A stretch of DNA of 64,000 bases from an uncultured Actinomycetes bacterium (GTDB lineage: Bacteria > Actinomycetota > UBA4738 > HRBIN12): contig CAWBVL010000004.1 of NCBI GenBank assembly GCA_963792215.1, positions 46,256 through 110,255 of the forward strand, in the 5' to 3' direction. This document shows, piece after piece, positions 55,234-63,925 of this stretch (the stretch's first letter is position 1; each line of letters starts with the position of its first letter). Position numbers and translations under genes: made by a program. The notes beneath the pieces are model-generated. The model had not been told where the DNA came from. It did not search any database and saw nothing but the letters and a program-made list of their open reading frames with translations.

Positions 55234-55815
55234 ATGAGCGAGTTGCGGATCCTGACATTCCCCGAGGCTGAGGTCCGCATCGAGCTTCGTGCCCAGATGC
55301 TGGCTTTGCAGGATCAGGCCTGGCCAGCGGATGGGACAAGCGACGGCCCCTGGCACGACCCTGCGCTCGCGCCCGTCTCCATCCTGTTGGTCCGCAACGA
55401 CGAGAAGGTGCTGGCCGCACTCGATGTGTTGTCGAAGGAGATCGAGCACGCTGGCGAGCAGTGGTCGGCGTCCGGACTCGCAGCCGTGGTGACCGATCAG
55501 GAGGAACGGGGGCACGGCTACGGCGGCCGGTTGGTCTCCGAGGCACGCCGATCGATCGAGGCCAGCGGCGTCGACATCGGGTTGTTCACCTGCGACGTGC
55601 CTCTGAGGGGCTTCTACGAGCGAGCCGGATGGGAGTTTCTGCCCGGAACCGTCCTGATAGGCGGCACCCCGGATGACCCTTTGCCGAGCGACAGCGACGG
55701 CTTCGACAAGGTTGCACTCGGCGGGTTCTTCAGTGAACGCGCGCGGGCTCGGCGTAGGGCCTTCCTAGAAGCTCGGATCGAGCTCTACCCGGGGAACATC
55801 GACCGACTCTGGTGA
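55234..55815 (+). CDS. GNAT family N-acetyltransferase
   Basis: Acetyl-CoA motif A region VVTDQEERGHGYGGRLVSEA and FYERAGWEF. 193 aa. Confidence 0.8.
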   Translation: MSELRILTFPEAEVRIELRAQMLALQDQAWPADGTSDGPWHDPALAPVSILLVRNDEKVLAALDVLSKEIEHAGEQWSASGLAAVVTDQEERGHGYGGRLVSEARRSIEASGVDIGLFTCDVPLRGFYERAGWEFLPGTVLIGGTPDDPLPSDSDGFDKVALGGFFSERARARRRAFLEARIELYPGNIDRLW

Positions 55816-56045
55816 AGGGGACCCTCGGTCTTCGTGGCACGGCACTCCGGCAGCCCGAGTCGCTGGCGACTCCGACACATCATCGTCGCGTAGGCGGCGA
55901 GCGTCGCCATGAAGGGGAACGTACACCGCGAGACTGACCCGTTACGAGGCATCAGACGTGCCGCAAAATCTGCCGTTCACTCCGCCGATGCAACCTGGTT
56001 GCAACCAACGGCCCTGCACGGTTCGCTCTTGACGAGCGTTTCCGC

Positions 56046-56120
56046 TGGTGGGCGGTAGAGGATTTGAACCTCTGACCTCTTCCGTGTCAAGGAAGCGCTC
56101 TCCCCCTGAGCTAACCGCCC
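56046..56120 (-). tRNA. tRNA-Val (anticodon GAC), CCA encoded
   Basis: GGGCGGT-TA-GCTC-AGGGGGA-GAGC-G-CTTCC-TTGACAC-GGAAG-AGGTC-AGAGG-TTCAAAT-CCTCT-ACCGCCC-A-CCA. 75 nt. Confidence 0.9.
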
Positions 56121-56145
56121 GTGTGCGGCATGCTATCGCGGCGAG

Positions 56146-56216
56146 AGGCGGGGACCGGAATCGAACCGGTGTGCGCGGCTTTGCAGGCCACTGCCTAACC
56201 ACTCGGCCACCCCGCC
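56146..56216 (-). tRNA. tRNA-Cys (anticodon GCA)
   Basis: GGCGGGG-TG-GCC-GAGTGGTTA-GGC-A-GTGGC-CTGCAAA-GCCGC-GCAC-ACCGG-TTCGATT-CCGGT-CCCCGCC-T. 71 nt. Confidence 0.9.
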
Positions 56217-56434
56217 GTACGAAAGCCCGGGTTCCCCGGGCCGCGCGCAAGTCTACTCGGCTCCCCTGACATGCACGGATGGCGCCGATGGCCGTTTTAT
56301 GCTCCGTCTGTGGACAAGCCGTCGACCTGTCCCGAATGCGGTTCGGACGAGATCCGCGAGACCACCCGAGTGATCGGCTTCTACGACGAGATCACCGCGT
56401 TCGTCTGCGGCATCCCCTCAACCGAGGAGGAACC

Positions 56435-57617
56435 GTGGAAACCCACGGCACGGCACTCATCTCCACCCTCGCGATCGCGTTGTCGGCTGCCCTCGTCGCT
56501 GGCTTCATCGCGCGCCGCCTCGGGCTGCCGGCGATCGTCGGATACCTGCTGGCCGGGGTCGCCATCGGACCCTTCACGCCGGGCCTGACAGCCGACCCGA
56601 ATATCGCGCTGCAGTTGGCCGAGATCGGGGTTGCACTGCTGATGTTCGGTGTCGGCTTGCACTTCAGCATCGCCGAGCTGGTGTCGGTCTACCGGATCGC
56701 CGTGCCGGGTGCCCTCGGGCAGATCGCGGTCGCGACCGGGCTCGGTGCGGCAGCCGGCCTCGCGTTCGGCTGGGATCTCCGTGCCTCCATCGTTCTCGGC
56801 GTGGCCGTGTCGGTCGCGAGCACGGTCGTGTTGATCCGCGCGCTCGACCACCGCGACATGACGTCGTCTGAGCCCGGACGGGTCGCGATCGGCTGGTTGA
56901 TCGTTGAGGACCTGGTCACCATCGTCGTGCTCGTCATGCTTCCGGTCCTCGCTTCGACGGGTAGCGCGGCCGACCACATCGGTGATGTAGCGCTCGCCCT
57001 GCTTAAGGCTGCAGCACTCACAGGCGTGATGCTCATCGTCGGCGCTCGTGCGCTGCCGTGGTTGCTCGATCGCGTCGAGCGTGAAGGGTCGCGGGAGCTG
57101 TTCACGCTCGCGGTCGTCGCGGTCGCGTTGGGGATCGCGTACGCGGCCTCCGTTGTGTTCGACGTGTCGCTGGCCCTCGGCGCGTTCCTCGCCGGCGCCG
57201 TGTTGAGCGAGTCTCCGGTCGGCCGCAAAAGCGCCGAGCAGGTCGTCGGCTTGACCGACGTGTTCACTGTGCTTCGTGTCGGTCGGGATGCTCCTCGACC
57301 CGGCCGTGATCCGCGATCACCCGCTAGAGATCGCCGTCGTGCTGGCGATCGTCGTCGTTGGCAAGTCGGCCGCGGCGCTCGGCCTCGTGCTGCTCTTCCG
57401 TACGTCCGCGGCGACAGGCCTCGCGGTCGCCGCGGGACTTGCGCACATCGGTGAGTTCTCGTTCATCCTTGCGACCACTGCGACGGCGCTTGGGCTGCTG
57501 CCCGAAGAAGCATTCCAGGTGGTCGTCGCCGTCGCCCTGCTGTCGATCACGATCAACCCCGGGGTGTTCGCGTGGGCTGCCCGGCGATCGAGCGTCCCGG
57601 CCGCGAGCGCCAGCTAA
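56435..57617 (+). CDS. Cation:proton antiporter (CPA2/Kef-type), one frameshift near 57271-57276
   Basis: GTG 56435 follows GAGGAGGAA. LPAIVGYLLAGVAIGPF and LLMFGVGLHFS. After ...LTDVFTVL the frame breaks; the next frame continues (F)VSVGMLLDPAVIRDHPLEIAVVLAIVVVGK... to TAA 57617. Confidence 0.85.
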
Positions 57618-57652
57618 CCTGCTGCCCACATGCCCGCCGCCGGACGCCGCCC

Positions 57653-58429
57653 GTGATCGACGAACTGGCCGGCAAGACCGCTCTGGTCACCGGCTGTGGT
57701 AACCCGTTGGGCATCGGGTTCGCGACGGCGCAGGCGCTCGTCCGTGAGGGCGCAACGGTGGCCGTCACCTCGACTAGCGAACGCATCCACGAGCGCGCCG
57801 CCGACCTCGGCGGAGATCACGCACGCGGCTTCATCGCCGACCTGACCAACCGCGACCAGGTTCGCCGGCTGGCCGCCGACGCCACCGACCACCTCGGGAG
57901 GATCGACATCCTCGTCAACAACGCCGGGATGATGCACGTCGGGCTCACCGACTTCGACTTCCTCGACTTCCTCGAGATCGACGACGAGACTTGGGACCTC
58001 GAGATCGCGATGAATCTCGCCACCGCGTACAACGTCACCCGCGCGGTCGCGCCCGGCATGGTCGAACGCCGGTGGGGCCGGATCGTCATGGTGTCCTCGG
58101 TCACCGGCACGGTCGTCACCAATCCCGGGTCGACCGGCTACGGGACCGCCAAGGCCGGGATGGAGGGTCTGATGCGCGGCCTCGCGCTGGAGCTCGGCCC
58201 GTTCGGCGTCACCGCGAATGCAGTCGCCCCCGGCTGGATCGCCACCTCTCCCCCGGACGACGGCGAGATCGACCACGGGCTTGCGAGTCCTGTCGGCCGC
58301 TCAGGCACCGCCGACGAGATCGCCGAAGTGGTCGCGTTCCTCGCGAGCGACCGGGCGAGCTACGTCACCGGTCAGTCGATCGTGGTGGATGGAGGCAACT
58401 CGATCCAAGAGATCAAGCGCTCGGGCTGA
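57653..58429 (+). CDS. SDR family oxidoreductase (FabG-like)
   Basis: TGCGNPLGIG cofactor motif, NNAG, and the catalytic Y..AK (YGTAKAG). Start placed at GTG 57653, after the antiporter stop. Confidence 0.85.
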   Translation: MIDELAGKTALVTGCGNPLGIGFATAQALVREGATVAVTSTSERIHERAADLGGDHARGFIADLTNRDQVRRLAADATDHLGRIDILVNNAGMMHVGLTDFDFLDFLEIDDETWDLEIAMNLATAYNVTRAVAPGMVERRWGRIVMVSSVTGTVVTNPGSTGYGTAKAGMEGLMRGLALELGPFGVTANAVAPGWIATSPPDDGEIDHGLASPVGRSGTADEIAEVVAFLASDRASYVTGQSIVVDGGNSIQEIKRSG

Positions 58430-58622
58430 GCTCCTCGCCGGAGGCCATCTCCGCGTCGTTCTCATCGTGCGGTAATGCGTGCGCGTGCTCCGGCTTGCAC
58501 GACACCCAGACCTCGCGGTCGAACGCCCCGGCCTCCGGTCGCGCGTCGGACGGAACGAGCAACACGATCCGAACGCCTTCACGAGTCTCGGCCGCGTACC
58601 GCGCCCAGGACCCTTGGAACAT
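58413..58622 (-). CDS. Possible 69-aa hypothetical protein
   Basis: ORF with moderate GC3 bias. It overlaps the convergent SDR 3' end by 17 nt. No family recognised. Confidence 0.25.
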   Translation of the reverse strand: MFQGSWARYAAETREGVRIVLLVPSDARPEAGAFDREVWVSCKPEHAHALPHDENDAEMASGEELSPSA

Positions 58623-58698
58623 CTCGTTTCAGCCGGACCGGGATCGCGAGCTCATCACCGCTCGACGATGTGCCAATGCGGACAAGGCGCGACGCTCG

Positions 58699-59082
58699 CT
58701 ACGGCCACACGGACCGCTGCTCCGGTTCCGGCTCTGTCGCCGGTTCCGGCCTCGCTGTCGGCCTCGTGTCGAGATCGCGCGCGAGCCCTGTGGTCGCATC
58801 TCTCAACTCTTTCCGCGCGCGCCTTTCACGCGAGAAGCCGAAACCGGCGACCGCGATCGCGATCACGGTTAACACAACGGGGATGACGAGGTCGCTCGAC
58901 TGGAAGTCCGTCGTGCCCTTGGTCAGGAGCACGAACGTGATCCAGGCACCCGCCGCGATCACCGCGCCGACGAATTTCAGTGTGTCCCCTTGCGATATCT
59001 GCCGCTGGATCGCAGAGAAGCGAGTCGCCCATCGTTCGGCAAGCAGCTGCGTCGTACGTGAGGGATCCTCGGGTGGCTGCAC
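58699..59082 (-). CDS. Hypothetical two-TM membrane protein
   Basis: TM segments FVGAVIAAGAWITFVLL and VIPVVLTVIAIAVAGFGF. Pro/Glu-rich tail. Confidence 0.5.
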   Translation of the reverse strand: MQPPEDPSRTTQLLAERWATRFSAIQRQISQGDTLKFVGAVIAAGAWITFVLLTKGTTDFQSSDLVIPVVLTVIAIAVAGFGFSRERRARKELRDATTGLARDLDTRPTARPEPATEPEPEQRSVWP

Positions 59083-59156
59083 GACAGGAGCTTAGAGCGA
59101 CTCGCGAACCCATCGGAATGGACCGGACCATTGGATCCGGAGCCGCGACGCCTCAC

Positions 59157-59182
59157 CGGCGGGGTCTGGGTAGACCCCGCCG
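59157..59182 (-). terminator. 10-bp GC-rich hairpin downstream of the ANTAR gene
   Basis: cggcggggtc-tgggta-gaccccgccg: perfect stem, 6-nt loop, 99 nt after the stop at 59281. No U tract. Confidence 0.35.
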
Positions 59183-59280
59183 CGCCCGATCAGGACCTGT
59201 TTATGAGCACCCCGACCGACCACGTACGTTCCGCACGTCACGCGGGCGACGGCCTAAGGACCCGATAGGCGTGGTGATAT

Positions 59281-59907
59281 CTAGGCAGGGCGATGCGAAG
59301 TCTTCCCACCGTCCGGGCGACCGACATCATCCGGCGCATCATGGCCCGACGGAAGCAACAGGTAGGTTGCCAGGACCGCCTCGGCGACATCGACGAGCTT
59401 CCGTTGATCGCGGCGCGCTTCCCGCCTGAGCATCTCGAACGCCTCCACCTCGTCGACGTGGTGTCTTTCCATCAGGACGCCCTTGGCCCGCTCGGTCACC
59501 GCTCGGCGACCGAATGCACCTTCCAAGGCGTGGTACTCACGGAACCGACGAAGCACGATGTCGATCGAGCTTTGTAACTCCTGCCGATCATCCCCGGTGA
59601 CGATGTAGGCGAACACGCCACGTTGGGCTGCTTCGTTCACGAAGTCTCTGTCCTGGACGTCGATGACGGCGATCACCGGACAGGCAGCCTCGTGCACGAT
59701 GCTGTCGATCGAGTGCAGCGCGTGCTTGGTCCCCTCGTGGACGATGACGATCGCGACGTCCGCGTCCTCTCTGCGGGTGAGGGCGGCCAGCTCCTCGGCC
59801 GGCACGCTCCTGGGCAATGCCTCGTGTCCCAGTTCGGTGATGGCCTGCGCCAGCTCGTTCAGCCGCACGTCGGGTCCGTCGACGATGAGGACGCGGAGGC
59901 GATCCAC
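59281..59907 (-). CDS. ANTAR-domain RNA-binding regulator with a pseudo-receiver domain
   Basis: The C-terminal ANTAR domain reads AVTERAKGVLMERHHVDEVEAFEMLRREARRDQRKLVDVAEAVL. The N-terminal CheY-like fold has no Asp at the phospho-acceptor position (ADVAIVIVHEG), and the conserved Thr and Lys positions read I and T. Confidence 0.8.
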   Translation of the reverse strand: MDRLRVLIVDGPDVRLNELAQAITELGHEALPRSVPAEELAALTRREDADVAIVIVHEGTKHALHSIDSIVHEAACPVIAVIDVQDRDFVNEAAQRGVFAYIVTGDDRQELQSSIDIVLRRFREYHALEGAFGRRAVTERAKGVLMERHHVDEVEAFEMLRREARRDQRKLVDVAEAVLATYLLLPSGHDAPDDVGRPDGGKTSHRPA

Positions 59908-60123
59908 GTGCGGCCCTATGTCGGCCTATTCCCCACGGGGCGAGGATACGTCCCGGCCTTCCTGTGACGCTAGTACCGATCTTCTCCCTATGCCGCACAC
60001 ACGGGTCGGTGTAGTGTGGGTGGTCGGGTCCCAAGCAAACGGACCCAGCGTCCAGACCCCACAGCCGCGGTCACGGACCAGCCGGTTTCCAGCAGACCGG
60101 CTATGCCCGGAAGGCGGTGCCCC

Positions 60124-60543
60124 ATGGGGGTTCCTGCATTCTCCCGCTTCATGGTTCGAACCGACGTGGCCAACGGTGTTGCACGGCTCGCCGTCGTCGG
60201 CGAGTTGGACATGCAGTGCGCACCTGCCCTGCAACAACACCTTGAGCAGGCGATCGGAGACGGCGCAGACGCCGCGCTCCTCGATCTCCGCGACCTCACC
60301 TTCATGGATGCGGCCGGGCTTCACGTGCTCCTCTGGGCGAGCGACCGGGCCCAGCAGAACGGGCACCGTATGGCGATCGTGGGGGTCGGTGGCGAACCGA
60401 GGCGGGTCCTTCAGATCACCGAGACCGACGGTCGACTGATCGACGAGGCCGAAGGGATGGATCTCATCCGCCGGTTCACACGGGCGGACGAGACGACCGG
60501 AGACGCGTCGCTCGTCGAAGTGGGCGATGGTCCCGATGGCTGA
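60124..60543 (+). CDS. STAS-domain protein (anti-sigma-factor antagonist family)
   Basis: LAVVGELDMQCAPALQQHL...LLDLRDLTFMDAAGLHVLL. Start is ATG 60124 (GGAAGG upstream) or ATG 60151. Confidence 0.75.
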   Translation: MGVPAFSRFMVRTDVANGVARLAVVGELDMQCAPALQQHLEQAIGDGADAALLDLRDLTFMDAAGLHVLLWASDRAQQNGHRMAIVGVGGEPRRVLQITETDGRLIDEAEGMDLIRRFTRADETTGDASLVEVGDGPDG

Positions 60544-60883
60544 TTGGCGTGCCGACGAAGCCACGAACCAAACGATCTTCCGCGAGATGAACGAGTGGAC
60601 GCTCGACGATGCGGTTGGCCGGGGTGATGAACGGACGGGAACGGACCTCTACCTGTGCGAGTGTGGAGACGCGACCTGCACCGACCCGATCGTGCTCACC
60701 CGAAGGGAATACGAGGCGGTGCGCTCAGTACCCGTGCGCTTCGCGATCGCCGTGAACCACGAGAACCCCGAGGTCGACGTCCTGGTAAGCGAATCCGAGG
60801 AATACTCGGTCGTGGACAAGATGTTCGGGGTTCCCGCACGGATCGCGTTGGCCACGGACCCTCGGAGAGGTCGAACGAGCTAG
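60527..60883 (+). CDS. Small conserved-looking Cys-motif protein
   Basis: NQTIFREMNEW...DLYLCECGDATCTDPIVLTRREYEAVRSVPVRFAIAVNHENPE. The start (ATG 60527 or 60536) overlaps the STAS gene 3' end. No named family recalled. Confidence 0.55.
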   Translation: MVPMADWRADEATNQTIFREMNEWTLDDAVGRGDERTGTDLYLCECGDATCTDPIVLTRREYEAVRSVPVRFAIAVNHENPEVDVLVSESEEYSVVDKMFGVPARIALATDPRRGRTS

Positions 60884-60980
60884 CCTGGAGCACGCGACCA
60901 GTTCGACGTCAGATCTGTTCTTCGGATCCGGTCCTCGAAGGATGGGTCAGCTCCCATGCGGGTCTCCGGCAGCTGCGAGG

Positions 60981-61358
60981 TCACGGATCGACCTCGAACC
61001 ACACGACGCCGGGAGGACCCTCCACAGCTCCCCAGCGCTTGGCGACCGTATCGACGATCAGCAGTCCCAGTCCAGAGTCGGCCAGATCGTCGCCCCGCCG
61101 AACGTTGACCTCCATCGCCGGTGAGGGCTGTTCCACCTCGATCCTCACGACGTCCTCGACGGTCCCCGACAGGACGATCTTGTCGCCTTCGGCCAGGCCG
61201 CCATGGCGTACGGCGTTGGCGACGAGCTCGGTCGCCATGACCCGAACATCGTCCGCGGTCTGCTCGCCCACCAGAGCGCTCAGCCAGCCGTCCAGGGCCT
61301 CTCGCGCCAATGCTGGTGCGACGGCCGACGCAGGGAGATCGGTGTGGATGTCGGTCAC
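60981..61358 (-). CDS. RsbW/SpoIIAB-like HATPase_c anti-sigma factor / Ser kinase
   Basis: N-box ELVANAVRHGG and G-box DSGLGLLIVDTVAKRWG. I prefer the start at GTG 61358; the track start is 61442. Confidence 0.7.
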   Translation of the reverse strand: MTDIHTDLPASAVAPALAREALDGWLSALVGEQTADDVRVMATELVANAVRHGGLAEGDKIVLSGTVEDVVRIEVEQPSPAMEVNVRRGDDLADSGLGLLIVDTVAKRWGAVEGPPGVVWFEVDP

Positions 61359-61818
61359 CGGTCGATGGGCCCCTCGATGCTTGGATTGGATTCCGGGACA
61401 AGGGTTCTTTCCGAGAGTGGCGGATTCCAAACGCTCAAGCACTAGGTCGTCGCCGGCGGAGACGGCGAACCCTCAGCGGCGAGAAATAGCCGAAAGTCCC
61501 GGCTCGACGCCAGACCTGCGGGTAGCGCGGTTCTATGAGCACACGGAGCCATGGAACCGAGCGTTCGACGTCCGACGCTGACGGGCCTTGGGTCGAGGCG
61601 TTATGGGGCCTCGGCCTCCTCGGAGGCGTCCTCGTCTCGGTCGCGTTGATCGCAGTGATCTTCGGGCGTTAGCGACCGAGGGTTACGACGGGGCACCCTC
61701 CGTTTGCATGCGGCGTGGCGAGTATCGGCGGATCTTTTCTCCGTTCCGGGATTCCCGTTCTGAGAGATGGGTAGGCAGGGCCGAAGGAGAGGTACTCCTC
61801 AGGAAAGCGGGGATCCAG

Positions 61819-62601
61819 ATGGTTGCGATCGATTTCCAACATGGCCTAACCGATGCTTGGGACAGCGTGGCGACGTTCGTGCCGAAGCTGATCGGTTTCC
61901 TGCTCATCCTGCTGATCGGGTACATAGTCGCGAAGGTGCTGGCAGCAGTCGTCGACCGACTCCTCGAGCGCGTGGGTTTCGACGGATGGGTAGAGCGCGG
62001 TTCGTTCGGCACGGCGCTGAAGCGCAGCAGTTTCGATGCCTCGGACATCCTGGCCAAACTGGTGTTCTGGGCCGTATTCCTCGTCGCTTTGCAGTTGGCC
62101 TTCGGCGCGTTCGGTCCGAACCCGGTCAGCGACCTGTTGCACGGGTTGATCGTGTATCTGCCGAGGATCTTCGTCGCCGTGGTCATCCTCGTTATCGCCT
62201 CGGCGCTCGCGAAGGTCGTGACGGATCTGCTGAAGGCCACGCTCGCTACCGTCTCTGGCGGCGAGTGGATCGCGCGGGCAGCCGGCGCAGCCATCTTGAT
62301 CTTCGGAGTCTTCGCTGCCCTCAACGAGCTCCTGATCGCCCCCGCGATCGTGAACGGTCTTTACTACGCGATCCTCGTGGCGGTCGTCGGCGCGTTCATC
62401 GTCGCGGTCGGCGGGGGCGGGGTCCGCACGATGCAGCGCTACTGGGAGCGCGCCAGCACGTCCGTGGAATCGAAGGGGCAGGAGATCAAGCGGGAAGCCA
62501 ACCCCGATGCCGCTGCGGCGCGTGCACGCCAGATGGGCGACGCCGTCACGCGGGTGCCCGACTCCGACCCATTGGCCTCAGACGCACCGCGGCGCCAGTA
62601 A
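61819..62601 (+). CDS. Membrane protein with repeated 'conserved TM helix'-type segments
   Basis: Taken from MVAIDFQHGLTDAWDSVATFVPKLIGFLLILLIGYIVAKVLAAVVDRLLERVGFD, with a similar second and third unit. ATG 61819 follows AGGAAAGCGGGG. Confidence 0.65.
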   Translation: MVAIDFQHGLTDAWDSVATFVPKLIGFLLILLIGYIVAKVLAAVVDRLLERVGFDGWVERGSFGTALKRSSFDASDILAKLVFWAVFLVALQLAFGAFGPNPVSDLLHGLIVYLPRIFVAVVILVIASALAKVVTDLLKATLATVSGGEWIARAAGAAILIFGVFAALNELLIAPAIVNGLYYAILVAVVGAFIVAVGGGGVRTMQRYWERASTSVESKGQEIKREANPDAAAARARQMGDAVTRVPDSDPLASDAPRRQ

Positions 62602-62733
62602 CGCGATCCGGGAGTGGAGCGGCGATCTCCCGCCTGCCGGTCCGGTAACCGCGGCAAAGAATGCCGCAAGGAGGGAAGCCGGGGTTGCGTTCCATCTGGC
62701 TCGTGCTGCGATTCTGTTTCCCGCTGATGAACC

Positions 62734-62809
<76 letters not shown>

Positions 62810-62877
62810 GTGGACACCCATACTAGGAGCGAACGAACGCCCCTTCAACGGGCGGCGCCGGCCCTAGACTCCGGCCG

Positions 62878-63921
62878 ATGCCGTCCTCGAGGGTTCTGAC
62901 GCAACAGGAGCTCAACCGCGCTTTGCTTGCGCGCCAGCTGCTCTTGGAGCGCGCCTCGATCTCGATCCCTCGCGCCCTCGAGCGCATGTGCGGGCTGCAA
63001 GACCAGTACGCGCCCAGCGGCTATATCGGCTTGTGGACGCGTCTCGAAGGCCTCCGGCGAGAGGATCTGACTCGCGCGCTCGAACGGCGTGCGGTCGTCC
63101 AGGCAACACTGATGCGGGCCACCATCCACCTCGTATCGCGCCGCGATTTCTGGCCGTTCTCGACCGCGATCGACGAACCCCTGCGCGAGTGGTGGTTCCG
63201 AGCGACGAAGCGTCGGCCTGAAGAGAAGCGACTCCGTGCGATCGACCGGCGCGGTCGGACACTGCTTGTCGACGGTCCGAAGCGGAAGAAGGAGATCCTC
63301 GAGGCGCTCGAGCTCCCCGCAACTGATTTCGTCGGCGTTGGTCTGTGGACGCCGATCGTGCGCGTGCCGCCATCGGGCACGTGGGAGAACCGGCGGGCCG
63401 ATCTCTATGGGCTCGCAGAGTCATGGGTCGGTCCTCGCGATGCGACCGCTGACGAGGGGCAAGAGCTTCTGATCCGCCGGTACCTCGCCGCGTTCGGGCC
63501 GGCCTCACGCGCCGACATCGCGGTCTTCACCGGGCTGACACCGAAGATCATCGACGCCGTCATCGGCCGTCTTCCTTTCCGAGCCTTCCAGACCGAGAGC
63601 GACGAGCAACTCGTCGATGTTCGGGGGGCGCCGCTGCCGCCGCCCGACGCGCCCGCGCCGGTCCGCTTCCTCCCGACGTGGGACGCCACATTGCTCGTGC
63701 ACGCGAGACGGACGCAGATCCTCCCCGAGCGATTCCGGTCATGCATCTTCAGCACGAAGATGCCGCAGTCCATCGGCACGTTCCTCGTCGATGGCAAGGT
63801 TGCCGGCACCTGGCGATCAGAGAACGGGCGCGTCACGACGTCGGCATTCGAGCCGCTCCCCAGGGACGCGCGTCGAGACGTCGAGCAAGAAGCCGCGTCG
63901 CTCGCCGCGTTCATCGCGTGA
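62878..63921 (+). CDS. Winged-helix DNA-binding domain protein (AlkZ/YcaQ-like DNA glycosylase family)
   Basis: LNRALLARQLLLERASISIPRALERMCGLQDQYAPSGYIGLWTRLEG...VQATLMRATIHLVS is the family's N-terminal pattern. Confidence 0.75.
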   Translation: MPSSRVLTQQELNRALLARQLLLERASISIPRALERMCGLQDQYAPSGYIGLWTRLEGLRREDLTRALERRAVVQATLMRATIHLVSRRDFWPFSTAIDEPLREWWFRATKRRPEEKRLRAIDRRGRTLLVDGPKRKKEILEALELPATDFVGVGLWTPIVRVPPSGTWENRRADLYGLAESWVGPRDATADEGQELLIRRYLAAFGPASRADIAVFTGLTPKIIDAVIGRLPFRAFQTESDEQLVDVRGAPLPPPDAPAPVRFLPTWDATLLVHARRTQILPERFRSCIFSTKMPQSIGTFLVDGKVAGTWRSENGRVTTSAFEPLPRDARRDVEQEAASLAAFIA

Positions 63922-63925
63922 GTCG

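Noticed and set aside
56225-56241. Hairpin gcccggg-ttc-cccgggc next to the tRNA-Cys 5' end
   Set aside because: A 7-bp stem with a 3-nt loop lies in the spacer between divergent transcription units. No adjacent gene end needs a terminator there, so it is too ambiguous to call.
55942-56250. 102-aa minus-strand ORF and 73-aa plus-strand ORF
   Set aside because: Both run straight through tRNA-Val(GAC) and tRNA-Cys, so the reading frames are incidental.
56271-56588. Possible small zinc-ribbon ORF (…STCPECGSDEIRETTRVIGFYDEITAFVCG…) upstream of the antiporter
   Set aside because: Codon bias in the first ~55 codons is suggestive. Against it, only three Cys are present (CPEC plus one), there is no stop until it is 150 nt inside the antiporter gene, and there is no clear RBS. 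It cannot be supported as a gene without homology evidence. It is worth a search if reads reveal an indel here.
59908-60123. Search for an ANTAR dual-hairpin target in the ANTAR/STAS divergent region
   Set aside because: Two hairpins exist (gggtcc-caagcaaac-ggaccc and agccggt-ttccagcag-accggct). Both have 9-nt loops rather than the hexaloops with conserved A1/G4 that I recall for ANTAR substrates.
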